A DNA stretch of 64,000 nucleotides, taken from contig NW_026515704.1 in the NCBI RefSeq assembly GCF_025526975.1, positions 124,001-188,000 on the forward strand, written 5' to 3'. The position numbers were made by a program, and so were the translations under genes. Each line of letters opens with the position of its first letter. Within the stretch, counting starts at the first letter, position 1. The notes beneath the pieces were generated by a model, which saw only the letters and a list, made by a program, of their open reading frames with translations, had not been told where the DNA came from and did not search any database. Source of the stretch: Fimicolochytrium jonesii (lineage: Eukaryota). Shown piece after piece: positions 48,729 through 60,856 of this stretch.

Positions 48729-49827
48729 TCAGGTCCGGTATCGTATCCTCCAGTCATAGAGAACACTCGCATCGGAAGTCGACGGCAGGTCTGTAGGCGT
48801 ACGCAACGTCCCACCCTGCTCTTCATACTCCGCATCATCCAACCAAATCATCTGCACCAACCCCGAATGAAACACAAAAAAGATGGTCAATCCCGTAATA
48901 ACCGTGATCGTGACCATCTTCGACTCGGCCTTCTGCACCCTCTGCAGCTCCCTGAAATACAGCGTCTTGAACAACCGCTGCTGCCTTTCCTCCTCCCGCC
49001 GCTGGAACGCGCTCGCATTTGTACTGCTGAAAGTTGACCCATAGTGCTCCTTCTGGTGGGCGTCGAAATCATACATGCGGGACGCACCGGGCGGTCGTTG
49101 CTGCTGATGTTGATGAGCGCCAGAGGATGGATGCTGTGGCCGCCGACGACGGAAGAGGATCCAGTCGTTCGGGTTGACGGGGGCGTCGGTGCGGTTGCTG
49201 AAGGGGTTGTGGGAGAAGGGTGAGGAGCGGCGGCCGGTGTTGGAGGGCCCGCCGCGGATGGGGGCGTGGGCGGCGATGTCGCGGTCGTGGGCGCGGCGGA
49301 GGGAGTCGTCGGAGAGGGTTGAGTAGGCTTCGTTGATTTCGACGAACTTTTCGGCGCTGGCTGTGTCGCCAGGGTTGCGGTCCGGGTGGTATCTGTGGTG
49401 AGGTGGGGGATGGGGGTGGGATTTTAGCTTCGATGTCACGCTAGGGATATGGTACGTAAACTGGGTAGATTTGAACATACTTTTTGGACAGCTTGTAGAA
49501 CTGAGCCTTGAGCGTCTTCTTATCCACCCCTTTCCCCACACTCAACACCTCATAGTGGTTCTTATGACGGGCACGGTTGGATGCAGATGCGCTGAAGTGC
49601 CGCGTCTGGAATATTGGCGGTACTGTTGCATGCGTCGTTGCTAGACTATTGCGACAGGTAAGACACGGTGAGCTCCGTGCATTTGCTGCAGTCGCTACTG
49701 TGGTATACGATGGTGCCGATAGTCCGTGTTCCAACGACAGACGGTGGATGTGCGCCGTTTGTCGTTGTCGGCGGAAGAATAGCGTAACGACCGAGCGAAG
49801 TGACGGCGGCGGGACTCTCGGAGGCAT
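48729..49827 (-). CDS. DnaJ-domain protein, probably mitochondrial, with a C-terminal transmembrane segment
   Basis: Arg/Ser-rich presequence-like N-terminus, NHYEVL...[13 protein letters not shown]...[25 protein letters not shown], hydrophobic [11 protein letters not shown]. Confidence 0.85.
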
Positions 49828-50079
49828 TGCTTCAGACACAGAGAGTGGAACGTAAGGGGTCTATATGATATGTGTATGAGGACTGTATTTCTACTATTCT
49901 GGCAAGGTGGATGGAGGCCGATGTCTGTGTTGTTTAGAGAGTCGGAAAGTTGCAAGAGAGGGAAGTCGCCCGGCCTGCGTGATCTCTGACGAAACGGCGC
50001 CTTTCCGCGTATCCGCACCCTCGAAGTTCAGCATCCCCCTCATCGTCCCCACTTACGCCCTTGAATACCCAGAGCTACA

Positions 50080-51507
50080 ATGGCCGCAGCAGTAGCACTC
50101 CCACCCGCAGAGCTGCACCGCAACCGCCCCGGTATCAGGCAAGAGGTACACATCTCATCCCATCCTCCCACCCAGTCGCGTCCGCCCACGCCCCTGCTCA
50201 CACCGCCTTCCCCTGTAGGCATGGTCCCAATGGCCAATAACACCAATCGATCAAGTCGAATCGACCTTCCCCGCGCAGGAATACATCCAGAACCTGATTC
50301 GGAAGGACCCGGCGGATTTGAAGAAGATTGTGGAGGTTCCGGCGGGGCAGGATAGGGATGTTTGGCAGTATGAGCATTTGAGGTAGGGATGAGGAGAGGG
50401 GAGTCAGAGTATCAGTGGAGGGGCAGAGATGCGATGGAAGGGAGGACGTGTGTGCGGTCGCGGACGGGATGGGGAGCGCGGGACTGCGAGCGCCCTCGTT
50501 GTGCGTTAGGCGCAAGAATGTTCGAGGATACGCGAGCGGTTAGCGAGGATCAGGTCGAGCGACAGTAAGGCCACTCGTACTTCCATGTCGCGAGCGTAGC
50601 GAGCAGAATATCGTTACCGATGCCCCGTTCAACTGTCGCTTCCATCCGTCTTCATTGTTCATTGCATTCTTGCATGGCCGAACATCCTGTACTTACGACG
50701 GCCCCTTTAACGGTTTCCTCAGACAGATATGCCTGCAACTCAACAGCCTAGTAGTCCTACTCGAACCCGAATGCACGGTCGAGTCCTGTCCGGAGATGAA
50801 AGCCCACGAGTGGTTGTACCTATGTGCAGGGCATCCGAGTCCACAAGGGGTATGGTATACAGTGTCTTTCGAATGACATGGCTGAAGGGCATTTCCGGAA
50901 TGTACTTACAATCTCGTTGCAGTGCCCGGCATTAGACTACATAGTCCACACCCTTGACAGCGCCACCGCCCTCCTTAACAGCCAAAAGTCCTTCTCCAGC
51001 AGGTTTGTTCCCCACCCTCCCCGCCTCCGCCCCCCCCCTCCATTCACCCCCTCTCCATCCCTCAATAGAATATCAATCCCCCAATCCTCTCTGAAACACT
51101 TCGCCAACATCACCCGCCGCCTGCACCGCATATTCGCGCACACGTGGTTCCACCACCGCGCCATCTTTCAGGAGTTTGAGGTCGAGACGCATCTTTATGG
51201 ACGGAGTTACTATTTGATTAAGTATTTTGATGTAAGCTAGGGGTGTAGGGGTTTGCTGTTGCCGATTGAGTGATTAGGGTTGTTGACAGCGTTGTTGACC
51301 TCGTTTAGGTAATGCCAGACGACGCCGTCATCGTCCCCGTAGAAGCTTGCATGGCCGATGTACGTTCCTCGTCGTTGCGCATTCCACCCTAACCCCATTC
51401 GAATTCCTTACTCATTCACCGTTTTCATTCTGAAGATACCATACACAGACACGATAACAACCGAAGACGGCGATGGCGACGATCAGCCTGGCCGGACCGT
51501 TCTGTAG
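50080..51507 (+). CDS. MOB4: MOB4/phocein (STRIPAK component), multi-exon
   Basis: HRNRPG, QEYIQ, VWQYEHL/RQICLQLN, CPEMKAHEWLYLCAGH, CPALDYIVHTLD, RRLHRIFAHTWFHH. Confidence 0.92.
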
Positions 51508-52029
51508 CCCCGCCCGTTACCCATCCGGTCAGAAGCGTGGATGCGCTGGGCTGGCAAGATGCGCACCTCATTATGAAACGATAGCGAGGCGTGTATATGT
51601 ACCCCCGATATAGCGGTATACTCAACCAGCACGCATGAGAGGACGGCTTCTGGGTTCAGCGGATACTTGCAAAAATCGCACACCTATGCGGCAAATGCGA
51701 TCTTCACATCAACACGGCGCGGGAAGCTGCTGGTGCGGAGAAGGAGCAATGAATCCAGGGTCATATAGGTGGATGCGAGCCTGGCCGATGATGTTTTTCT
51801 TGTAAAAAAGATATATATGGTGGCTCTTGTCGCCGGGTGTTATGAACGGGACATCCGAGTTTTATGCTCGCATATGCGCATTTTCATGTTCCAGAATCCA
51901 GTGTCCATATCCACGCCGCATCTGAGCTTGTGAGCAGCAAAGGAAAACATCAGCGCCGAGTGGGTTCATGTTCGGTTCACTTCCTTCAGCCAACCACAAA
52001 AATGCCTTCGAGACGATCTGAGGCGAGAT

Positions 52030-53060
52030 GAAATGCAACATGGAGGCTCCATTGCGAAGACGCAATCACAGGAGAGGCTTTGGTGGCTACTCTGCAACTC
52101 CGTCTTGGCCATGGCAGAAAGCATTCAGTCCTGACGACGTTCTCAAGGAATGTTTGAAGCTGATCAGCTCGGACTCGTTTGAAGTCAATGTCTCAATGCT
52201 ACCAAATGTCCATACGAGGAACTGTCAAGCAAGTTACTCGCCAAGTCACCATTACAGCGCACCCATGCCGCCGATATTTTGCAATCGGCTTATATCAGAG
52301 GTGAGATATGCCAAAGGTTTGCTCCGTTATTTTACTAACCAGAGTGAGATTTTTGGATTTCGATTCATCAGCCCGGATGGACACGAAGCAGGTTTGGGAG
52401 CATTTGTATGGAATCAAAGAATCGATTCACAACGGTCCAAGCAACCCTTGCGAACGTCGACTCCAAAACATCACAAATCCTAGCAAAACACTCAAGAAAT
52501 ACTCGCGCAGGTGGAGACATTGAGGATGCAAATCATGTCTTGCGCAGATGTAACGGTGCCGCGCCTTTTCGTCATGGTCCCTGTCGGGAGAGGCAAGGGC
52601 ACGGCGCCTCGGACATCGTTGCGGATTCTCGGACAATTGATGAAGCTTGCTTGCTTCGAGTGCGGGAGGCATTGAGTTCCCGCCCGCAATGGCTGCCTCG
52701 GCCGCTATAAAAGTGGTTGGGAGAGGGGTCAGCTACTTCTGCAACGACGGCACACTAAACCAGATTGCAGCTGTTTGAGAGCGTCCCTTGGAGGTCTTTG
52801 AAACAATGGCATCCGTGTTGGACGAATACTGGGACGAGCAGAAAGCCGCAGACGGCAAACCTACCGCCGGGATGGCAACCGAGACCAAGGTGATACAAAA
52901 TGCTGGACCAGCCTTGCGAGAGTTGAGGAAGTTCTTGGAAAGAAGTTGACCCGACGGAGAAGTGGGGCAACCCGCACAGGCCAAGAGTTCAAGAAGTTCT
53001 TGGAAAGAGTTGATCCGACGGAGACAGTGACGGTTAAGGGCGAAGTGAGATGGGGACATG
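52030..53060 (+). pseudogene. Decayed gene: kinase C-lobe-like remnant followed by a PRLF...ECGxH...LRKFL...GEVRW domain
   Basis: Across frameshifts and stops: SKLLAKSPLQRTHAADILQSAYI; TQEILAQVETLRMQIMSCADVTVPRLFVMVP...LACFECGRH*; GPALRELRKFLER/VDPTEKWGN...VTVKGEVRW. Confidence 0.5.
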
Positions 53061-53743
53061 CATGCCGTTGCAAATAATAAGCATGGTTGATCTGACTATT
53101 GAAGCTCCTCCCTGAATACATCGAGTCATTCTCGCTCCTATCCTCAATTTCAAGCCTTCCAGATTCAAAAGCTGTCCAGCTCGTCTGCCCTATCTCCGTT
53201 CCCTCGTGCCTTCCCGCCCCCGTGCCGGAATGCACAGCTACGTGGACCACTGCGGGAGGACTTCGTCCCTAAGTTGACCTGAACACCTGGCAGCAGCATA
53301 GCTGCAGCTTTTGATTACTCGGCCTCCCGCGACATCGTCTACCCTTTTACGTACGTCCCATACGCAACGGCGTACCTGCGCTAAGGTGCCGCAGCTCTTC
53401 AACTGAACTGCCTATGATCCTTCCGAGCTCCATGTCCGCCGGAACTTGACTGACACAAGCAAGAATCCATTGCCCTTCCCGCAGTTCGGCAGGGAAGCAC
53501 TGACACATGGTCCACAGAACGGCGATAGGACTCCACTTCCCCGGCCACCGACTCCACCGACTCTCAGGCATGGCAGATACTGTCAGTAAATCATGTCAGA
53601 TGTCAGACGCGGTGCCGAATTGCTGGTTGATCGATGTTTTTGATTGACATCACCGCCCATTCTCAACACTCTCACTCGAGCACCCCTCATCTCAACACAC
53701 AGTTCCCACCAGTACTTGCACAGACAGCAAACAAACGAAGAGA

Positions 53744-54439
53744 ATGGCAGCAGCGTCATCACAAGCAGGCACCGCCTTCACGCGGTTTTGGAATCATCCT
53801 GCTGGTATGGTACTCCGCTCTGACTGTTTCGCCCGTCGCGGTTCGCTGATTGAACTAACTGCATGTGCAATTTCCACAGGTCCCAAAACAATCCACTTCT
53901 GGGCGCCAGCTATGAAATGGGTAAGTTCCTCCTTCCCGTACCCTCGTTGTTCTGTCCGCCCACATCCCCACACCCATATCTCACTGTATATTCCTATTAA
54001 CTCACCCCCACAGGGCCTAGTAATAGCCGGCCTCAGCGACCTTCAACGCCCCGTCGAGAAGCTCTCTGTAACGCAAACAGTTGCCCTTGCAGCAACCGGC
54101 GTGATCTGGTCCCGCTACTCGTTGGTGATCAAGCCGAAGAACTGGTCGTTGTTTGGTGTGAATATGTTTGTGGGGGCGACGGGGATTTATCAGTTGAGCA
54201 GAATTTGGAGGTATGTCCCGGTGGCCAGGAGAGGAACGCATTCGTCTGCTTCTTTCGCACTGTTTGAGGTGGTCCCCCTGATTGTACAACATCCACGGTT
54301 CGATCTTTTGTTTTTCGTCCGCATTAGATACCGGCAAGATATGAAGAACAAGCCTGTGACGGCAACGGCCCACAAAGTTGCGGAAGATACCAAACTCGCT
54401 GCTGAGGCGGCTAAGGATGCTGTTAAGGGGTCTCATTGA
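53744..54439 (+). CDS. MPC2: Mitochondrial pyruvate carrier 2 (4 exons)
   Basis: FWNHPA/GPKTIHFWAPAMKW/GLVIAGLSDLQRPVEKLS...TGVIWSRYSLVIKPKNWSLFGVN; introns 53805-53879, 53921-54013 and 54211-54327. Confidence 0.93.
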   Translation: MAAASSQAGTAFTRFWNHPAGMVLRSDCFARRGSLIELTACAISTGPKTIHFWAPAMKWVSSSFPYPRCSVRPHPHTHISLYIPINSPPQGLVIAGLSDLQRPVEKLSVTQTVALAATGVIWSRYSLVIKPKNWSLFGVNMFVGATGIYQLSRIWRYVPVARRGTHSSASFALFEVVPLIVQHPRFDLLFFVRIRYRQDMKNKPVTATAHKVAEDTKLAAEAAKDAVKGSH

Positions 54440-55196
54440 AGATGGATGTGGGCATGGTGGGGAGGGACATTGGGCTGTGGGTTGGGTGGAGGATGCAGCG
54501 CTCGGGAGGAAACTGTCGATTTGTGCACTGAAAACCGGACTACGACATCACTGCTGTGGTGGTGTAGATGTGGGCATTTCGTTAGGTTGCAGCCTCGTAA
54601 CAGGTCCTCTCGCGTGCAACCCAGCTTCCCACTCCCACGTAACTTAGAACACAGTTCACAGTTCAGTTCTGTAGGATCAGGTATTACGTAGCATAACACC
54701 TCATTTACACAAAATACATAGAGCCGATAGCCATGATTGGTAGCAGTGCTAGCGGACGAGAATAAGATCGGAGAACAGGCGACAGGGACCGAAGATAGGA
54801 ATCGTGCGAGCTCAGTCCTCCGTATGCAGCCGGGATACCTTCCTCCTGGCCTTGTAATCCCACCCGCCTAGCCCAGCCAGAATCGGGCGCATAACCAGAA
54901 GCGTTCGCCAATAACATCTCGCTCTGCCTGTCATAGCTACTGTCATAGTTACACTTGACATTGGGGATGTGGGCCTATCTGAGACTGATTGTTTGCCCCT
55001 GACGCGTTTGTCATGAGATTGCGCACGTTTCCGCGATGGCCTTCCTGGGCCTCCCTGCTGCTGCTGCTGTTGCTGAGCCTTGTAACAGTACCTGGGGTCA
55101 TCGGCACAGCAAGAAACGTCAACAGTCCGCACACAAGTTCTCACCAGCGTCCACCACCCACCCACCCGCAACCCACCACTCTCTCTGTCGGCCGAA

Positions 55197-57056
55197 ATGC
55201 CTACTTTCACAATCTCCCTCCTCCTGTCCCTCCTCGTCACCGCTCTCGTCCCACCGGTCACCTCCCTCCCGCAAAACCTCATCCTCCAACAAACGGGCCC
55301 CATCAAACACCTCTCTCACATAGCCCTCCCTCTTTCCTCCCAATCCGACCACTCCGATGATCTTCGACCACGCCCGCAACCGCATCCAACTGGATGTAGC
55401 GAGGCCCCGACGACGCCTGGTGATAGGAGGGAGGATAAAACGGTGTTGACGATTGGGAATTTTAATGCTGAGTGGTTGTTTCTGGACGGTGGGACGGGCG
55501 GGTTGAGGTGTCCGGGACGGTCGTGTCCTTGGAAGGTGAGATTTGGAGGGAGGTAGATGAGGGTGGGGAGGTGGAGAAGGAGGTGGAGAAGGAGGGTGAG
55601 GAGGAGGACGAGGGACAGTGGGAGCGAATGCGGGGCCGCGAGCGATAGCGAGCAGTGACGGGTGCTGGCGAGCCGCAGCGAGTCCTAGTCCTTGTACTGC
55701 GAGCGACAACGAGCATTCTGTCTTTGGCGAGCGATCCATGAGATGCACATCAGGAACCTTCCACATGAGATCCAAACCTGACTCCCACTCCCCAATTCGA
55801 TTCTTAGAACAAGGCGATGGCATTGGACCACATGAACCATGTAGCCCAAACAATCGCAAGTCTCGGATTACCCGACATTATACACCTCTCTGAAGTAGAA
55901 GGTTGCAACGCGCTGGACGAGTTGATCAAAGTATTGGAGAACGATCACGGTGCTGGACAAGGGACGTACAGGGGATACCTGGTTCCCGGGCGTGATACCG
56001 CCTTAGGTGCGTGAACGACCGACTATGCTCCACTGCACACATTTCCACTCTATCGCAACTCAACTCTCACCCCCGTCCAGGCCAACAAGTAGCCCTCATA
56101 ACAAAAATCGACCCCACCGATCACCTCACCCGCACCGACGACCGCATCATCTACCCCGTCCCGGGCTCCACTTGCGGGTTCACCAAACCGGGCACCCCCT
56201 CCCGCCTCCAGGGCAACAGCAAGAACTACATTGCGCGGTTCGTCGTTAATGGCGTGGGGATCACGCTGGGGGGTACGCATTTGATTGCGTATCCGGATAA
56301 GCGGGATCGGTGTGAGAAGGTATGCTTTATTGAGCAATCCCTTCTTGGATTCGGTTCAGCACCTTACTTGTGACATTGTGAATTTTTTTTTAGCGCGAAG
56401 CCCAAGCCCAAGTCCTCTCCCAAGCCATCCAGGCGCAACTCTCCTCGTTCCCCTCCGACGAAGTCATCATCATGGGCGATTTCAACGACTACGATGACCA
56501 GATCATCGACGCGGCCGGTGTCATCGACACTCCCATCTCTCAAGTACGCACCTTCTCCCCTGTGTCCGCCACATCCCACATCACACATTTACTTTTTTTT
56601 TTTCGTAGGCACTAAACCATCTCCGCACAACAACCTCCCCACCCCTCTTTAACCTCGCCCACACCTGGCACAACCAATCCGAGCGGTACACGAACTGGTA
56701 CGACCGTAATGGGGATTGTGTGGATGGAGGGGGAGATGAGCATGTGTTGATTGATCACGTGCTTGTCAGTGCGGGTGAGTTCCCATCTCTTTGTTGCCGG
56801 GGGTGTGGGGCCGGAGTGGTGGGGAGCGGCACGGGGGCGATGCTGATTTTTTTGTTCGTAGGGTTGAGAGGGAGACTGATGGAGTCGAGGCCGGTACATA
56901 AGTATAAGAATTTCTGTGGGACTGTGGATTCCGATCATTGGTGAGGTTCCGAACCCCGAATACGAGCCCTTTTGCACCGTTGTCCTGCTAACAGCAGAAC
57001 ATGTCTCTTTTTGCAGGCCGATTTACGCGAAATTTGACTTCGCGCCAGGCTCTTAA
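55197..57056 (+). CDS. Secreted endonuclease/exonuclease/phosphatase (EEP, DNase I-like) family protein, multi-exon
   Basis: Signal peptide; GNFNAEWLF, DIIHLSEVEG, THLIA, IIMGDFND, IDHVLVS and DSDHW/PI catalytic motifs. Confidence 0.88.
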
Positions 57057-57657
57057 AGACGCGGACAGGACGTGAGAGTACATGGGGGACAACCTGGACT
57101 GGATCTGGACAGGATTTCATAGAGGTGTGATTTTAGGACTATCGAGTGCTTTTTCGTGTATGCAGAATATGAACAGTTTGTGTGTATGAACGTGGCGTGG
57201 ATTGGCTCTTGAGATGTGAAATAGATTGCTGGTACACTCTTACGTACATCTTGGACGGTTGGGTGGGTTGGGAATCGGTCGTTGGGAACTCGCCTTGGTC
57301 TAGCTATTACACTACCCGATAAAATTCATCGAGAGGTTCGATAATGTGACATGTGAGGCGCTGATCCCATGTGCCGGCTGAGCGGGTAACCGAATGCTTC
57401 ATGAGCAATACGAGGAAAAGACGATATATACATTGCAAGCCGCAAGCCCTCCCCCATCCAAATAGCAACAAAAAAGGGATACTATCTTCCGTGCTTGCAT
57501 CAGTCAAAGTCCAAAAAAATAAAACGAGAGAAGATGTGGATGTCTGTCGTTCGTGTGTGTGGGGACAGAGGGGGTTGGCCTCCGAACAAACTGGCGAACA
57601 ACTGTCCGGAGGCGCGCGTGTGTTTCGTGATGGTGACAGTTGTCCTCCGTCAGCGGT

Positions 57658-58785
57658 TCATTTAGACAGCGACCGATGAAACTCCGTCAATGCGCTACAT
57701 ACACAAGAAAGAATCGTTAGTGAAAGACAATGGAAGACATGCGAACCAAGAAAACGCAAACCAACCTCTCCAAATCAAAAAGCAACTGCCGGACCTGATC
57801 CGCATCAATCTCCTCTGACGCCCTAACAAAAACCGCAAAAACATCAATTCCCGCTCCGTCCCTCCCACCCTCACACAAACACTCCCGCTCTCTCTCCCAA
57901 ACCTACTTCATCTTATTCAACGTAATCAACCAATCCCTAATCTTCCCCTTCCCCTCATAATCTTTCGGCAACGAGGGTACCTTATTCAAGCTCTGGATCA
58001 GGTCAGACAGCTGTGGGTGGATCTGGTCGACGGCGACGTAGTTGAGTTTCAGGGAGTCCATTAGGGTTATAAATGACTAGGGTAGAGAGGGGGATGTGAG
58101 TTGGGAGATGGCAGATGGAAGTGGACGGAGGGGAGGATGTTACCTGAACGGTCTCAGCGACGAATTTGGCGGATCCGGCTGACCCGGTGGTGTCGGTCGT
58201 GGCGTGCTCGATGGTGGCGGGGACGCCGATTTCGAGGAGGCGTCGGGTTGCTGCTGGACATGATAACTGTCGGATAGTAGCGCGGTCATCACCCTTTTTG
58301 CCCGTTGTCTAAGCCAAATGTTGTGTGTCCTCTGACGAGCTCCCCACCTGGTACTCCTTGATGAACGCATTGACATCGGGTACCCAGTCCCCCACCAGAT
58401 TCAGCGCCGTCTTGTACTGGGCTATCAGTTTCAGGCATGCTGGTGTGTATCTGCCGGGAAACCATATCAGCCCAACATCCATCCCATCCTCATCACACCT
58501 CTTGAAACAAGTGCGACTTACTCCTGAGCAGATATCGCATCCCTAATGTACGCCCTCTCGAGGTGTTCGGTAGCGACAATGATGCCGTACAAGTCGGCCA
58601 TGTTGTCGTATTTTTCGCGCTCTTTGTTGTTGGTGTAGAGCCGGATTTCCTACAGGGTTGTGTGAGTTGCGGTGGTCGATATGGGTGAATTGGAAGCGCG
58701 CGGGAGTAAACGTACGTACGTGGTCTAGTATTGGGTCGTGGCCTGCCATTGGAGTTGCTGAGGAGGAGGCGGTGGAGGAGTACAT
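57658..58785 (-). CDS. VPS28: ESCRT-I subunit VPS28 (multi-exon)
   Basis: EREKYDNMADLYGII...LERAYIRD, YTPACLKLIAQYK, CPAATRRLLEIGVPATIEH, FITLMDSLKLN, RQLLFDLE. Confidence 0.94.
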
Positions 58786-60169
58786 TCCTGATGGGTTGGG
58801 AGGGGATGGGCTGCAGCTGGAGGTGTAAAATGAAGAGGGTTTCCGTCGAAGGAAGTCAAAGGATCGTCATCTGGATCGTCATGAACAAGGCGAGTCAGGA
58901 CGCGTCCGCAATGTTGACACTCGACACAGCAGTTTCAGGCAAGGGAACAGCGGCTGTCACGGAGGAGGGCCGCCACACTGCAGAGAGGGCCAATGCTAGT
59001 TCCTGCTGGCAAATGGGGGAAGCGACCCGAGCTGTTCGAGAAAGATGTCGTTGACTTCTCCCGTCAGGGAGCAGGTCAGGGAGCAGACGCAATCGCGAAC
59101 CATCTTGCAGCACCAGAACGCGATCCATCGGCTTTGCATCAACACGGTGGAGAGGCGGCAAACTCCGGGTTTTCGATATGTACAGTACATGGATAGCCAT
59201 CAATGTCATCGTGGATTGCGCTCAGTACAATGACGAACACCGTGCTTTGGAGAAGTTCTGCACAACCAAATGGAGCATGGAAGAATCGGTGTTTCAGGAT
59301 CTGCCGCAGTCTGGGAATGTCAAATAGGACGAAAAGCCAGTCGGACACTCGGAAGGACGAACAGCTTCCTCCTAATCCTGCAATGTGCCTCAGTATCACA
59401 CATTCTCGGAAAAACACAAGCTTAGCATGAAGAATTTGCTAAAAGAGGTCATGGACTCGTTCGGCTCACGGAAGCACGTTGTCGCCACCCGAATAGGCAA
59501 GGCCTTTAGGAAGGATGGCGATGCTTAGACAAGGGGGAAGCAGATGATCGAGGTTGTCGACGTCGATATTACCGAAGATGGCACCCACAGGTGCCTGAAT
59601 GTCGATCGCAGCAGAGACGGTCATCTGCTGTTCCCAGGCCACACGTAGGGCAGTTCGCGGTTGGACCAAAGGCGCAAAGCACCGGCAAACCCATCGTAAA
59701 CAAAAATCCGTGGTTCATCCGTGGTATGCTGAACCACTCGGCCAGTTTTTTGCTTCGGCGCTCGGGACTTTAATCTCTTGCACAGGTTTTAGACCTGTAG
59801 CTGCTTCTGGATATAAACCATAGCTCACAGTCGCAGGGATCTCACCCCGCATCTCAACATCCGCTCGTCTTCCCTTGTTCTGCCAGTTGGCGGTTCGCGC
59901 GCTAGGGCCTCCACACCATCATGACAGACGAATATTTCCAAAAAGCGCTGCTGACCGCGAGTGATGGACCCATGCTCCTCAGGTAATGAATTTACGTCCA
60001 AAATGTTCTAGATTTCATGAGCCTTTACATACAAGTAAGGTACAATCAGACCATGGCGAATAGTGGCATCTACCGAAGCGGAACCGTATTTGCTAGAGAA
60101 ACCAGATACCTTCATTGAGCTCAGATCTAGAACTAATCTTCACCTTTCTCTCTCTCCGGGTGTGGCACA

Positions 60170-60856
60170 TCAACCTCCAGCGTTCAACTGTTTAGCCAGC
60201 TTCTGTACATTCGCATCAAAAAGTTCTATCCGGATTGGCATTTCAGGGTTGTAGAATGGGTTCTTCATCACAAAATCGCCGTAAAGCTCATAAACTTTCC
60301 GTGACATGCTGTCCGCATTCGGTTGTGATGGGTCTGTGATGAGGAGGAATTTTACTCCTACATGGGGATTGCCAATCGATTTGCAACATGAACGATGAGT
60401 ATAAAGCTACCACCCATCGACGCCTTTCCGTATCCCACATTACATATGACCAGAAAGACCAGTATCTCCAATCTACGAACCTGTTAATGTTTGGAAGCAG
60501 AAAATCCTGAATGTATCGGCTTCCAGCACTTCCATCCCACTTGACCCTGGCACTGGTGATATTCGAGACGTAATAGCGTGCACCCTAAGAGCCCGAGTAA
60601 GTACAGGTTCACAGGAGCAGGGCGCAAAAACACAGCGCCCATCGTAGCCTCTACTGGACAACTGGAAGCCTACGGCGTCCAGAGCCAGCCCTAATTGGAC
60701 TTCCCTGTCGACAACACTCGCCGCTTTGACTTACCCGTGGAATGTTCCTGCCATTACGAGATACTCGTTGGTGGTGAGCTTTGCGAGACCATCGGTAAAG
60801 TCTCTGTTGTAGATCAGCCCACCGGCTTTATTTATGATGAGCAGTGCGTGCAACAT
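60170..60856 (-). CDS. TRAPPC4: TRAPP complex subunit 4 (Trs23), 3 exons
   Basis: [71 protein letters not shown]. Confidence 0.94.
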
